From: Tricharina praecox
Lineage: Eukaryota
Assembly (NCBI RefSeq): GCF_024521635.1
Contig: NW_026250426.1
Coordinates: 434,001 to 498,000 of the forward strand
Reading direction: 5' to 3'
Length of the DNA stretch: 64,000 nt
Position 1 is the first letter of the stretch; each line of letters begins with the position of its first letter. Below are positions 1 to 13,612 of this stretch, piece after piece. The notes under the pieces are model-generated. The model saw only the letters and a list, made by a program, of their open reading frames with translations. It did not search any database and had not been told where the DNA came from. The translations under genes were made by a program, and so were the position numbers.

Positions 1-1367
1 TCCATCTATTCTCGCCGCAGCGACCTGTGTATAAGACCACATTCACTTCCCCTTCCATCGATATTCACATCCCCACCCACTTCACCGGTAACCAGTTGAT
101 TCCAGCCGATTAGCTCACATGTTTCTATGTAGTAACCGGCCACATCCCCCCCAACTCGGCAGAAAAGCGAGTGATCACCAACCGCAGCAACCAGTCTACC
201 TCTGCCCACCGCCGGCAGAAGTCTACAAAATCGCCGGGTGCATTCCTACCATATCTCTGCCGCACAGAATAGCTCTATGGCTTCATGGGCGTCCGTCGGT
301 CTCGACGGGCCTCCACTAGTTGTGTGCCAATATGCAGCTGCTCCGGCCAGAACGACTCCATCACAGTACATCACCCACTCTTGTCTTCTCCCCTATCAAA
401 AACCAAAAAAAAAACCAAAATAAGAGTAATATTTCTCCCATCTCGTGATCCCATCTCATTGCTCCTATCTCGTTCGTGAGCCCAGTGCCCACCTCGCGCC
501 TACTCCAGCCACCCTATGCCCACTCTGTGCCCACCGCACAAATACACGCCACAATCCACAATCCACAACCTCTCTCTCATCATCATCGCGATCAGAAATG
601 TTTGTAAACTGATGATGATGATGTATGTAAGTAATGTAATGTATGTGTATGAAACCCTTGATCTGTCTTTTATACCCCCGTTGCCTTCCCTCCTCTTCCC
701 CGGTCCATAACCGCAAAAATATAAAAACCCCCCACCCCCCCGACTCCCAACCGATCGACCGACCGCCTTGTTTACGGGAATGATAAAAAAAACAATAAAA
801 AAAAGACGTGTAAGGGAATAGAGGTAGTATAAAAGAATACAAAGGAAATAGATGGAGAAAAGGAAAAGAAAAAAAGAAAAAAAAAAGAAAAAAACAACGT
901 GTGTGCGTAGTGTGGTGATTACGACCATAGGTAGGGAGCCCAAACCAATCTTGAATGAGAGTAGAGAAGAAGAAGCAGAGTCAATCGGAATCAGAAATAA
1001 AGGCGAGAGAGAGAGAATGAGAATGAGACACAGAAGATCCAAAGAACACACACAAAAAAAAACACCTATAATGACAAAAACCCGAATGCCATTGCAATCC
1101 CACCGTATCAGAAGAACAAGTAGAAATACACAAGGTGGTATCTCAAACTCCCTGCTGAGAAGGACAAACAAGACAACTTTTCCCAACAGAAAGAAACAAA
1201 ACGTAATTACCGGCTTGACTGGCAAGAGAAACCGAAATTCAAAAGAGAACGGAAAAAACTGCAACAGCCAAGTAGCTCTCTCTCTCTCTATCTCCATCGA
1301 CTCATTACCCCAAAACAACCATATCAATCAACCGCAACCGTATCCACACACACACACACGTTCGCCC

Positions 1368-4072
1368 TTATGCAACAGCCACCCCGTTGGGTATCCGTTT
1401 CTCTAAGCTGCTCGAGCTGCTATACGCCGATGTCTCTCCGCCGGTGGACGCGCTTCCGCTATCTAGGCTCGCACTAGCGCTACCCGTAGTACTTCGAACC
1501 GTGTTACTCGGTGGGCCTTTCATGATTGGAGGTTGTCTTACCCCATCAGAGACGTGCTGCTCAACCTGATGCGGATATCCGTTTTGACCGGGGTTCTTGG
1601 GAGGCGGACGGTTGTTGGGGCCATCAGGACGGTATCCTCCCTGAGGGTGGCCATTGCGCGGGCCGTATCCGTTGGTATGGGTTACGGCCGGGGATGAGCT
1701 CATTCGACGGGCATTCGGCATCGGAGGGTATGCGCCATTACCGTTGGCGTTCGGCATAGGAGGGTATGCACCGCCGCCGCCACCGTTCGGCATAGGAGGG
1801 TATGCACCGCCACCACCGTTACCGTTAGGCATCGGGGGATACGCGCCGCCACCGAACGCATGGCTGTCCCGGATGTCGCTCATGTCTACTCGTTGCGAAG
1901 ACATCGAGTTTGCCCGAGATGTGCTCGTCATGGCCGCTCGGTCAACGTTTCCGTATCTGTTCGAGGAATATCCCAGCAACGCGGTGTCTGTAAGGGGGTC
2001 GTGTAGTCCCGGCACGTCACTCATCAACCTCGCACTAGCAGCGCTAGCACGGTTGCGGTTATTGCGAGACATGAGAGAGAGACGGCCCCGGGACGGCGCC
2101 ATGGGTACCTCCGGAATGTTTCGCTGACTCGCACTAGCCACCCGTCGGGTTCTTCGGGAAGTGACGCTCATCATATCGAAGTTATCGACGTCAACCGGCG
2201 GCATCGGTGGTGGGTTGACATCGACATCGAAATCGTCATCCTCCTCATCATCTCCATACATACTCCTGCTCTTGCTGACAGGCATCTTCCTCCGCCCCCC
2301 TCCTCCTCCATGCTGACGAGCCGCCGCCGCTCTCTCTTGTTCCCTCAGCATCTGCTCGCGTTCGCGTAACGCCATCTCGCGTTCCCTAAGGGCAAGCTCG
2401 GCTGCGTTCGGGTGCGGTGGCGGTCCTCTCCTCTGGAAATCATCTTGAGGCGGCGGCGGTGCTTCGATGCCGTCGACCATGTCATCGTAAAGTGCAATGT
2501 GGCCAAATTCCTCCTCCAGATCATCGTCAAAAGAATTCCGACGGGAAAGTTCCGGACGCGCAAAATCTCCATTGGCCCCTGGAGGAGGACGGTGCCCGTT
2601 CGGTGGCATACCACGCTGCGATGGGGGTCCACGTCTAGCCATCGAGGGATCCAGCCCTCCGCGACTGCCAGGAGGGGGTCCTCTCGGCGGTGGTCCTCGT
2701 CCTTGTCCATGTGGCCCCGGGGGAAGTCTCTGTGATGGTGGTACAGGTCTCGAATTCTGCCCTGGCGAAGACAGTGGTTGTTGTTTCAGTTGATTCTGCT
2801 GGTTTATATGGCTAAGAATTGGGTATAGGGTATTGAGGTGCGGAGTCGGAACATTCAAAGCTCTGGCAGCCTTTATCGGTGAGCCCAGGAAGGTCTCGAT
2901 CTCCAAAGGTCGACGGGCTGCAAAATCCTGGTACATGATATTGGTAGCCGAAGCTGCGCTCAGCTGTTGTTCGATCGACTTCTGTTTGAAGTCGGCGGGG
3001 AAGGTGCATTTCTGAGCCGTTGCAACCCTGAGGAGTTCATCGATTAAGTCATTAATTAGTTGCTTGCAGCCGGGCCTCTCCATGAGTGCCGTGGTGTTGG
3101 GACAATCCATCAAGACACTGAGAGGGTGGAAAGCGATGGGCCTGTACAGACATTAGAAAACCAATCAACAAACAGGGTCCAGAGGGATGACATACCCAAG
3201 TACCCGCTCCCATTGCTGTTGACGGATATTAAGAGACACATGGCAATCGACACTGCCAGATGCTAACGTTAAAGCAAGTGCTTCGGCCATATCGTACTGG
3301 ATGCTCTGGGGGACGTTCGCATTTTCTATAGCTGAGCCCACCCAGATATCCGACCCACCGGTGTGCTCAAACTCGCTGCTGCCGAGCTGACTCAACGCTA
3401 TACCGGAGACCAGGGACAACACCACATTCGTTGGGAACCGCGTCTCAAGATAGGCCTCAGTTCCGAGAGCGGTCGTAGTGTTGACTAGGATACAGGTATG
3501 TTGCGGAGTGACGACAGATTCGATAATCGAGGCAAGATCGTAGACATCGGGCAGAGCCTTGACCGAAAGGAGCACGTAGTCAAACCCACCGGCCATAGTG
3601 CTGGCCTCCTCGGGTGTTCGGACCACTGTTCAATCAAAAAATTATTAGCCACAGACACGGGAGAGAGATAAGGAACGCCGGCGTACCTGCATGTGGCTTG
3701 AACCTCTCATTTCCGTACTTGCTCGATCTAGCACCGAAAAATTAGACACTTGTTGCCGGGTGAGACATCGCAGCCGGGGGGAGGGAGGGGGCATGGGAGG
3801 GGGACGGGCAGCATACTTGAAAGACACGCCGTATTGGGACACGGTCTCGTAGGTAGTTTTCCACACAAGCGTCACGTCGCAGGAATGTGTTGCTTGTAGC
3901 CGCCATGAGAGAAATGCTGAGAGCGGATTCCCACCAACTGTCCGAGCACCACAGAGATTAGCAAAATTCTCACGCACTCACGCTGTTGCCCAAGGTGTCG
4001 CGCGCAAAGTTGTGGGAGCCGTTTTGGGGACTCACCTGAGAGTACTCGCAGCCGTGGTGTCGACGGTGCCAT
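1368..4072 (-). CDS. Ketopantoate reductase (PanE/ApbA)-fold protein with long low-complexity C-terminus; Svl3/Pam1/Mug72-like
   Basis: Exons 4072-4036, 3937-3817, 3727-3687, 3625-3196, 3141-1368; GT..AG introns, frame continuous. Translation MAPSTPRLRVLSVGGNPLSAFLSWRLQATHSCDVTLVWK...FDYVLLSVKALPDVYDL...MYQDFAARRPLEIETFLG resembles ApbA N- and C-terminal domains, followed by a long G/P/R/Q-rich tail. Confidence 0.85.
1711..1855 (-). repeat. Coding minisatellite, 4 copies of GAYPPMPN with G/N spacers
   Basis: ORF track shows GGGAYPPMPNGNGGGGAYPPMPNGGGGGAYPPMPNANGNGAYPPMPN. Confidence 0.9.
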
Positions 4073-7000
4073 TATGTAACTAAGTGCGAGCGCGGGATTA
4101 GACGACGGCGAAGGGCCGTGCCGGAAGGAAATGTTCGTCTGGGTCGCTAAAATGAATGTCCGTGCGGGTTCACCAGGTTTTCAAGTCTATATCGAATGAA
4201 CAAAACGCCGTCCGTAAATGCAGCAAAACAGAAACGTTCGAAAGAGCGTGTAGCGAGCGGTAAGGCGAGGTAAGGGCCCGAGGAGGGGGTGGTCGTGAGT
4301 TCGCAGGGTGAAGTGGAAACGAAGCGAAGTAACGAGCCGGTTTCGAAGGCGGAAGTGTCGAGCGTGTCCGTTCCGTTGAGACCGGGTGTCCTGGGAGGGG
4401 ATGCGGGAAGGTGGATACACCAGAGGATGTGTTGTATTACGGTCCGGTTTGACACAGAGCGCGGAACAATTGGCTTCCGCAGCTGAACAGGTAGCCGGTG
4501 AGCGGGCAGGGGGGTGTGGTGCGCCGCGATTAACTCTGGGTACGTTTTGGTATTGTTATGGGCCCCGAAGCTTGGTGGGGGGTAGGTGGATGGTTGATAG
4601 TGGTGGTGGTGGTGGTGGTGGTGGAGGAGGGAGAGGAGGAGGGAGAGGAGAGAGAGGAGAGAGAGGAGGAGGAGGAAGGTGGGCGGAGGTGGGCGGACAA
4701 GAGATGGGTCGAGGAGGATCAAGCGGCCAAGGAGGGGGAGGTAGAGGTAGAAAGAAAAAGCGAAGGTGGTGAATGGAAGAGGAAGGGAAGTAAGCAGCAG
4801 CAGCAGCAGCAACGAAGCAAGCAAGCAGGCAGCGGGCTGGGCGCGCGGCAGAGAATTGAGAGAAAGAAGGGAAGATGGAGCGACCAAGCTGGATTTGGAT
4901 CTCTGCTCAGCAGGGAATAGACTGGAGATATAGTAGATAGGCCGTCTGTCTGTCCGTCGGGATGTGCTGAGTCGCCGGGTTTGAGAGAGTTCAGCAAAGG
5001 AGCAAAAGCGGGTTTCGAAAGGAAAGGGCGGGCGCGGGCGGTCGACGACGCAGATCAGTTTCCGCTCAATTAAGGCACGCACTTTGCATGGGGGGGAAGA
5101 TGGTGGTGGTGATGATGCGAACGCGCTTGAAGAATAGTTGCTCACTAATGCCGATGGAGCGTAGGAGCATGAATACGTGCGTCGGTGTCGTCGTCTTTTT
5201 TTTGGTCGTTCCGTGTGGGTTCATCGGCAGCTACGGTTGGAAGACGGACAGCTAAAGAACTATCTACGGCTTCACATATGTGAGTACTCTTCTATCTCGA
5301 CGACAGAGAGGAGAGAGGGCTTAGAAGGGCGGTTCGTTCAATGAGGCAGGCGGGACTATCCGGAATCCTTCCGGAGACGGCCAGTCGTTGATGTCAACAA
5401 CACTCTCCTTTCTACAGCCAGTCGCGCGCGTCATCACCACCACAACCACAACCACAACCACAACCACAACCATCATGCCATCGACAAATTATACCATCGA
5501 CATCACCTTGAAAGAACCATGAATCACCATCCGCTGCGATATAGACAATCGCAGTCGGGCGGTCGGGCAGACGGACACCTATCAAACCAGGTAAGTGTCA
5601 ACCACCTTCTTCAAACCTCATTTTATCCATATCTAAGCACCATAGATCTACATTCAACCCGGCCTCCGACGTTTCCACCCCTCTTCTTAACATTGAAATT
5701 ATGACCTCTATTCCTCCTTCTTCTTCTTCTCCTTCTTGTTCTTCTTCCTATCCCCGTCTTCTCATACCTATATCCTCTTCTTCCTCCCCCTCGATGCCAT
5801 CTTCCGTTTCTATGGGACATGCCCGGATCCTATGTACTCCATAGGTACCTTTCGACTCGCTCTCGTGCCTGTGACCACCGACGCAATATTCAATTGCTGC
5901 GCATGCGTATCAGGATCCCGAAACAAAGCCACTGCGCCTCCTCCCCTCTCGTTTGTTTTTTGCCTCGTTCTTCTCACTCAACTCCACAGTCTCAGCACCC
6001 TATCTTGGGATGCACACCGGGAACGGTGTGCATCTACATACTAGCATAGTAGGTAGTGGGTACATAGTACATACAGAGGTGGGTATTCGTGTCAGTCACA
6101 GTTGCACCAGGCGGCGAACACGGAACGGCAAACCCACTCGGAACGAGCCAGCCAGCCAGCCAGCAACGAGTGCTTGGTTGCGTGGAGATAGCATAAGACT
6201 CCGAGCTAACAGCGGCCGGCCTACCTGCCTGCGAGAAAGAGCTAAGGTGGAGAGATACCGATCATTACGAAGCCATGTGCCTGGGGGTATTTTGGGAGGC
6301 AGTATGCAGATAGTGGTACTCTAGTGCAACATGCCGAGCGTGGTCCACTTCGTTAGCCCACACGCGGCCGGTACTTGCCTCTAAAGTTAGGGCTGGGTAG
6401 AATAGATACCGTAGTATGCTTAGCTCATACCTATAGCAGAGCAGGTATGCCGATGCACACCTCTTTTTTTTCTCCGTTGGATCAAGTTCGTCAGGGAAAG
6501 CGAGACCTTCTTGCTCTTCTTGCTGTTGCTTTTTTTTCTTTCTCTTTTCGATGCGGAATTCTATGTAGATATCACTGGATCCGCTTGCAATTGCGAATTT
6601 GCGCGGGCTCATCATGTAAGTAATCAGACCACCCCCCCGGCCGAGAAATAGCATACGGCAGAGTACACAACAGCCTTCTCGCCATACGCGTCCATCATAC
6701 TTCTGTTGTTCTGTTGTTCTACTGATAAAGTTCTCTTCTCCTTTCTCTCGCCACTCCCCCCCCCCCCCCCCCCACCCGCCGAATCCCTCAAAACGATCGA
6801 CATTAGCCAAGAAGCTTCTGTGCTTCTGTGATTTCTTGCCTCAATCGTCCTTTCATCTACTGGACCGTGTATGTAGTTACATACGGCGTGCTAAATTCTA
6901 GGCCACCGGCGCGACGGCGCCCCGGCCACAGCCCATCCCATCCGGGCTGGGACGGTGGGACCGACTCGTCGCGACTGCTCTACTCTAGCGTGGTTTACAT

Positions 7001-9169
7001 AGCGGGATGGAGGGATGGATGGAGGGAGGGAGTTCGAACTTCGGGACGACGGGGGACGGGGGGGGCGGGGCGGGATGGGGCTCGGAGAGAAGAAGTCTTC
7101 GATCTGATCTGATGGCGAGGATCAGATATCCGGATAGATAGTTATGTGGCTAGGAGGTATGCATACATAGCAGCAGCATAGGTAGCAGCATAGGTAGCGA
7201 ACAGAACACAGCCCATCTGGGATTCTGGGTGGTTACCTGTCTATTTGCGTACGGGTGTATGCGATGGGCTAGCTGAAGAGTGCGAAGCTGCGTGAAGCTG
7301 TGTGACACTGCGTGAAGGTGCTTCGATCCTCCCTCTGCGGCCTGCACCTGTGGCCCATCTGCCGTGCTTCAACGGCTGGTGGATTACATAGCTGCGAGTG
7401 GTATGCATTTACTTGCTGTTATGTACCGCTGGGGAACTCATTCGATCTATGCATGAGATGGTCATAGGCATAGTAGGCAAGCGAGACTCTACATATGGAG
7501 AGTCTAAGGACGGACGGCATCGCATCGAATCGATATCTATTATCTTCAAGAAGCGCCTGAACTCGAAAACCGGTGCTACGCGTGGAATAGGTAACATACT
7601 TATACAAAGTATACATATCAACCCGACCCGGAGTGCAGCACTCTATGATAGTAGGATATAAAATCTCCTTATGAAGTTCGCATTGGAATATGGGAGGCGA
7701 AAGTACATACCGGTAACTATCCCCACACATCATCTTCCCATATGCATATCTTCTTACTTGTACATAGAGTATAGTACTCTACTTGCCCATCACAGAGCTC
7801 AGCCCAGCCCGCCAATCGCAGAGGCCCACTGCCAGGCTCCAGCCTCCGGAAGCGGCTCATCTGTGTTGTGTACAAAACTCGACGAGTGTTGGATTTACTC
7901 TAGACTCCAGAGCCCAGAGTAGAGAAGGAGGCAAAGTGCAGATCTAACCAGAGTAGAGTAGACGATAACTATATATCACCACCTACTCTGGACTCTAGAC
8001 GACTCTAGAGAACGCCACCTACGCACAATGCTAGCTACATATATCGGCATTGTCCTCTTCGGCCGGGAGCTGGCTGGCTGGCTGGGTGGTTTGGCGAGGT
8101 GGAGGCCTTCCCGATTCCCCCCGGGATTGGATTGCGGTGGAGACATCATAAGAAACATGGCGAACCACTCTTGCTCCCCCTCCTCCTCCTCCATCACTGC
8201 TGTGGGGAGGGGGGGGGGACAAATTGAGAAATCTCCACATCTTTGCTTGCTGCAAGGCGATCATGATGGACTCGGCTATGTACTAACGAAAAAGGGAAGT
8301 GCAAAAGGGGCTGCTCGGGAATCTCGTTTAGAGAATATTGTTCTCTGGAAGGCGGGCCCCCTCCCATCGCCGCCGCCGCTCAAGCCCTTGAGTGAATTGA
8401 GTACTTTGGTCATAGTAGACCGGTATGTACTAATCGTTAGAGTGTGTAGTGCACTGCTCTTATCATCGACAGCCCGAGGGATGCGCATTGCGAACCACGG
8501 CCAGCCATCCAATCGAAGCCGGATGTGACGGGCCAGTTGGCTGGTGGTGCATCTCTGAAATACCTCTAGCTTCGTGGAGCAGTTAGGTACATACAACTTG
8601 TCTGAGATACCGGTACATGTGTATGTACCTGCAACCAAGTCCAGTCGACCGGTTTTCCCGTGCCAGCAATCACGATCACCGCCAGCTGAAGAGCTCGAAA
8701 GGAATCGCGGAAGAATCGGCGGAGCTTCATGGAGTTGGTATGTACAGGTCTCAGGTGTATGCCGTGCTCTGTTGGCATGAGTGATGATCCACAGGCCCTT
8801 GCTGGATGGGTACATACAGTCTGAGTTGGACGTATATCTACATCTTACCTCATGTACATACCCACTTGTTCCTAGGGTCCCACCAATCACGTAAAGCTCA
8901 CATGTATCGTACCCACTGGCCTCTCGTGTGGCATACTGGAACTCCACTCACCGCCCCTTCCCTCCCCGCACGTTTGCCGCGGGCGCATAAAGCGTCTATT
9001 CCGTCACAAGCTGGATAAGGTCGCAGCTCACGGTTCTATGGGCATGGGCTTGGCGATTGACGTATCCCCCGTGCTTGGTTGGTTGGAGCTCAAGACCGCT
9101 CGGATTTCTGGTCTTCTTCTTCTTCTTCTTCTTATTCTATGTCGTCGTCATCTGCCTCCGCTTTTGCAC

Positions 9170-9240
9170 CTCTTCCCCTCTTCCCCTCTTCCCCTCTTCC
9201 CCTCTTCCCCTCTTCCCCTCTTCCCTCCTCTTCCCTCCTC
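9170..9240. repeat. 9-bp tandem repeat (CTCTTCCCC)n, about 6 copies plus degenerate tail
   Basis: Read directly from the sequence. Confidence 0.9.
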
Positions 9241-12200
9241 CAGCCCTACCTACTACTCCAATATCATCGTTTGGACTGTCTCGGAGAATTCAACCGTATG
9301 GATTTGCTCAGCTCTCCCCATTCACATCCAACCGGTGGATAGTGATATACCTCCAGGCCGTCGACCCAGCTCCACCCACGATACCTATCCTCTCTGGCCA
9401 TGACGAAGCCCCTCCTTCCCAGCACTCGATTACATGGCCATCACTTCATCAAGCCTCTCTAATTCGTCTATGTAGCAGTAAGAGACCTTTCCTCTCCCTC
9501 CAGCCGGCCAGCCATCATTAATGCCGTATACAGACATCCCACCCGACGACCGCAGTATATCAACACTGCAGCCCTCGAATCTCGGAAAGTCCAAAGTTGA
9601 AACGATATCCACATCTTCACCGAGTTGAACACTACAGATTCCCCAAAAACCGAAATCATCACTGCGTTCCTTTCATTTACGTTTGACATCGGAAAACTGA
9701 CCGAATTTCGTATCGATCCCTACCCGCACATACCACCACCGGCACATAGGCACATACATAGGCGCATGTACATCGTGCAGGGACGGGTACGGGAACGGAT
9801 GCATCGGGTGAGATTTGAATTTTTTTTCCTTTCTTTCCTCTCGAATCCGGGCTAGTTGGCACTGGGCAGAGAGAGATACATATCCCGGACCTCGTCTGCG
9901 CCCCTTCTTTCCGGGATTATCTAGAGGGACGTCGACATGGCAGAATTGGAATCGAATGTTCCACTCGGTGAGCGAGGATCGATCGGGATCTCCGGCTTTA
10001 GGTCGCCACCCATACATGCTATGCTGGCTGGCTGGCCCCAGGGACGTGGCGGGATGTTGCTTTGGGGTCTTGGATACGGACGAACTGGAGTGGATTATGG
10101 AGTGGACGAATTGTTATGTACTGCTGACGACGACGACGACGAGTTTGCTGTGGCAGAGCAACGGCCCCTTCGCTCCTTCCTTCGCTGCTAACTACCGGTT
10201 GCGATTGGGATTGTCGCAGACCGGAGATCATCCGCTCTCGCTCCGGCCTCTCATTAATCAATCAAAGCCCACCGTCCCGACTCCCGAGTCCTTCTCCCAT
10301 CACTTCACTTCACTTCACCGGCCGAAGTCCTCTCCCGTGCCATATATCCGCGCGTGTGGCACTGTAGCCCTCCTCGCCCGCTGCCCACCCCCAGTACCAC
10401 AATCTTCCAATCAACGTTCCAATCAATCCCATCTACCGCTCCCTTTCCTGTCCTACATCTGCGTCATAGGTACCTTGGCCCATCGCGCGGGCGCGGCGGA
10501 CTAACCCCGTACCAGTGTACCACAGTACCACTAGGTAGATACACTAGGTAACCAGCACTAAATTTAGGGACGGAGCATACGTTTTCCGCGCGATGGTCTG
10601 GTACATAGGTCCATACACAACTACCATACACACCATAGATGCACACCATACAAAGTAGTTGCTGATCCTTCATCGCGCCGCGCTGCGCTGGCTGCGCTGT
10701 CATTTCGGATGTTGCTTCCATTCCCTACCGTACCAATCGTCCGCCCTTCCATCCTAACTATCCTATATGGAAAATGCAGCTCCCAATTTCGTTAAGAAGG
10801 AAGGAAGGAAAAATCCTCCCCCCCTCCCGCGCCGCGGGAAGGGAAGGGAAAGGCGAGATACGTAGAGTAGATAGGTGGGAACTTGGGAAGTAACCATCCC
10901 TAAAAAACCACACACGAGGGAAGCCACTCCACTCTATCTAGATTCTACCTGGATACATTGTATTTGGACAGGGGAATCAGGGGTATGACGCATGCCAAAC
11001 TTTTCGTGTCACTACAGAGGTACTACTCTGGTAGGTGCTCTGCCACCACTCCCAGCGGACATAACGGACGGCCTGGAAATAGGCGTGGGCAATGGGCATC
11101 ACTCAAGAGTCGTGGCGGTGCCTCCCAACTACCCCTATGTAATTGACTTGGTCTTTTCGCCACATTCTATTTCCCGCGTCGCCGGACGTGGGTGTAGAGT
11201 ACTCTATGTATCACATATATCTACCGTACAATATCCAGATACACAGGTAGACGACGTGGGGAGAACGCGACGGCCATTGGATATACGCGGAAATTTAACG
11301 GCCATGGATGGGTTGCTAGGTAGAGTAGAGTACCCAGGTGGGTGTTGTGTTACATACATACACTCTAGCGTAGGGAGTGACGGCGGGATTCCGACGAGCC
11401 GGAGCCGGCGCTGGAGGGGACATGGGGGGTCGGGGGTGATCGGTCGGTGGGACACTGGGTGGGACATTGGGTATCACTCGACTGGAAGGGCGAAGCGAGG
11501 AATTGATAGCTGTGAAAAATGGGGGGGGGATGATTGTGCACAAACGTAGAATACCAACATATGGCCGCTGGCGGGAACACCTCTCAAGAGCCAAGAATTG
11601 CACGAGATGGAAGACGTCGACGGAGCAGGCTGTGGGCTATCTTGTGGATCCAGGAGAAGGAATGGGGGAAGGAATGGAAGGTATGGAAGGTATGGAATCT
11701 GGATGGATGGATGGATGGACAAATGCGGATATCCGAGCCGTGCACGGAGGGGAAAGGAAAAGTGCAGACAGACAAGCCATCGGATCGGATCTCCCCAAGC
11801 CCCAGGGAGAGGGACGGACGCCGAAAGGAAGGGTTCCGCTGGAGAGCGGGGAGCAGAAGGAATACAATTTACATAGGAGCGGAAGCCTAGGGGAGGATGA
11901 AGCTTTTCGCTTCCCATCTCGCTTCGGTTTGTTTACTCGTAGTGTGTATGCTTCCTCTCTGGCAGGGGGGAACGGTGGAGGTGCTTCGACGAGCCGTTGC
12001 GGAGGAGATACATCGGATCAGGATGTTATCGGCTGCCCCGAACACCAAAAGTGCTGAAACGGAAGACGTGGGGGCGCGTCAAATCACTCATTATCACAAT
12101 CCACGGGTTGGCTTTGGCTACGGCTACGGCTGGGAAAGAAAACCAGCGTTGACCGTCGGCTCGCCGAGCGGCTTCGGCCTGCAACAAAGCTCTTGCGACT

Positions 12201-13401
12201 CGTGGGTGATTGTGGGAATCTTGAGCTTTTATCGCGCCTCGTGATCTCATTACCGGAATACCAAAAGCTCTCGTGAATGCCCATTCACCCACTATGATAT
12301 CCCATTCACCAACGATGCTCTACCGTAGTTAGCAGCCGCCCCGAGCTCGTAGTTACTTCGGTACCCTACCACGAATCTGCGCCCCGTGCCGGTGTAATCC
12401 AGCCATCCCGGTAGGCCATAGCCGTCTGCCGGCGCCCTCCCTCAAGGAGGACATGTTTACGGAGCACACCACCGAAGTGAACTAATCGATGCGGACTCGA
12501 GGACCATCTTTTGGTCCAGCTCATGGGGGGAAACAGGGTCCGGAGTGTAAATTATCTACCTATCTAGGTAGGTGGTGTCGTGTACCTGCGTGATATTCCA
12601 TGACTGTGGGCCTGTGGCTACGCCGTCAACGATGGGTTCAACCTCCGGTCCATATGTGCGCTGTGGAAGCGCAGCAAAGAAGACAAAGACGGGCAGCGGT
12701 ACGAGATAATGCTGGTGCATCCTGGGAATCTGAGAGGGTGGTGGCGAGGTTGACGTTGACTATTACACCTGGTATGTAGAACGGACTTCCGGTTTCGAAA
12801 GACCCCACGGACATGGGCTGGGGTTTGGATTATTCGGAGTACGGATTCGGATGCACGGTTGGGACCATGTGTTGTGATTGACGCTGTGCCGGTGAAGACC
12901 CGATTAAGGCTATTGTCTTCACATCTATGTTTCTTACATCGTTGGCGACTTGAGGGGGAGCGGTCCGGCGTGCGGGCTCGGGGTGCTCTAGGCAAACATA
13001 TGGCCGCCCAAGATCACGAGAAATGATCCCTTAGGTCTTACCAGAGCTTGTACGGGTTGCGTCTGCTGATAACTATCACCGATTGAGTGATTAGATGTTT
13101 ACGGGCCCAAAATAGACATGCCATGATCGCCACCGACGAGACGAAGACTAAGAAATCTCCCATTTCAACATCCATCACACACAGGCAGCCGTAGCTGTCC
13201 CATCCTCATCCTCATCCTCGTCCCGAGTACATATTATACATCCTCTCATCCCCCCGCCCCCCGCCCACAAAAAAAACCCCTCCCCCCGTACACATCCTAC
13301 AACCGAGAAGCTCTCTCATTCCTCATCTCATAGTCTTATTTGATCGATTCAACCTCTCCCCTCCCCTTCCCCCCATTTCCTCTATAAGATATAGCCGCAG
13401 C

Positions 13402-13557
13402 CTATTTCCTGCCCTTCTTTTCCTTCGCGGCGTTATCGGCAACCACCTCCTCCAGGGCCCTAAGATGCAGCTCCATGCGTCCGATCGAGGATCTCAGCGC
13501 CTGTGATCATCGCGTCAGCGTGCCGCTTCCCGATTGCAACTCTATCCCCCACCCGAA

Positions 13558-13612
<55 letters not shown>

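Noticed and set aside
918..940. TACGACCATAGG resembling the 5' end of fungal 5S rRNA
   Set aside because: Similarity stops after about 12 nt; no internal control region or closing stem.
500..1406. ORFs of 275 aa (minus) and 184 aa (plus)
   Set aside because: Low-complexity readings of the T-rich 3'UTR of the KPR-like gene.
4147..5145. 332-aa minus-strand ORF
   Set aside because: Non-ATG start and L/S/P/H microsatellite-derived content; best explained as the leader or promoter of the KPR-like gene.
8276..8947. 223-aa minus-strand ORF
   Set aside because: GTG start, no recognisable motif, random-like composition.
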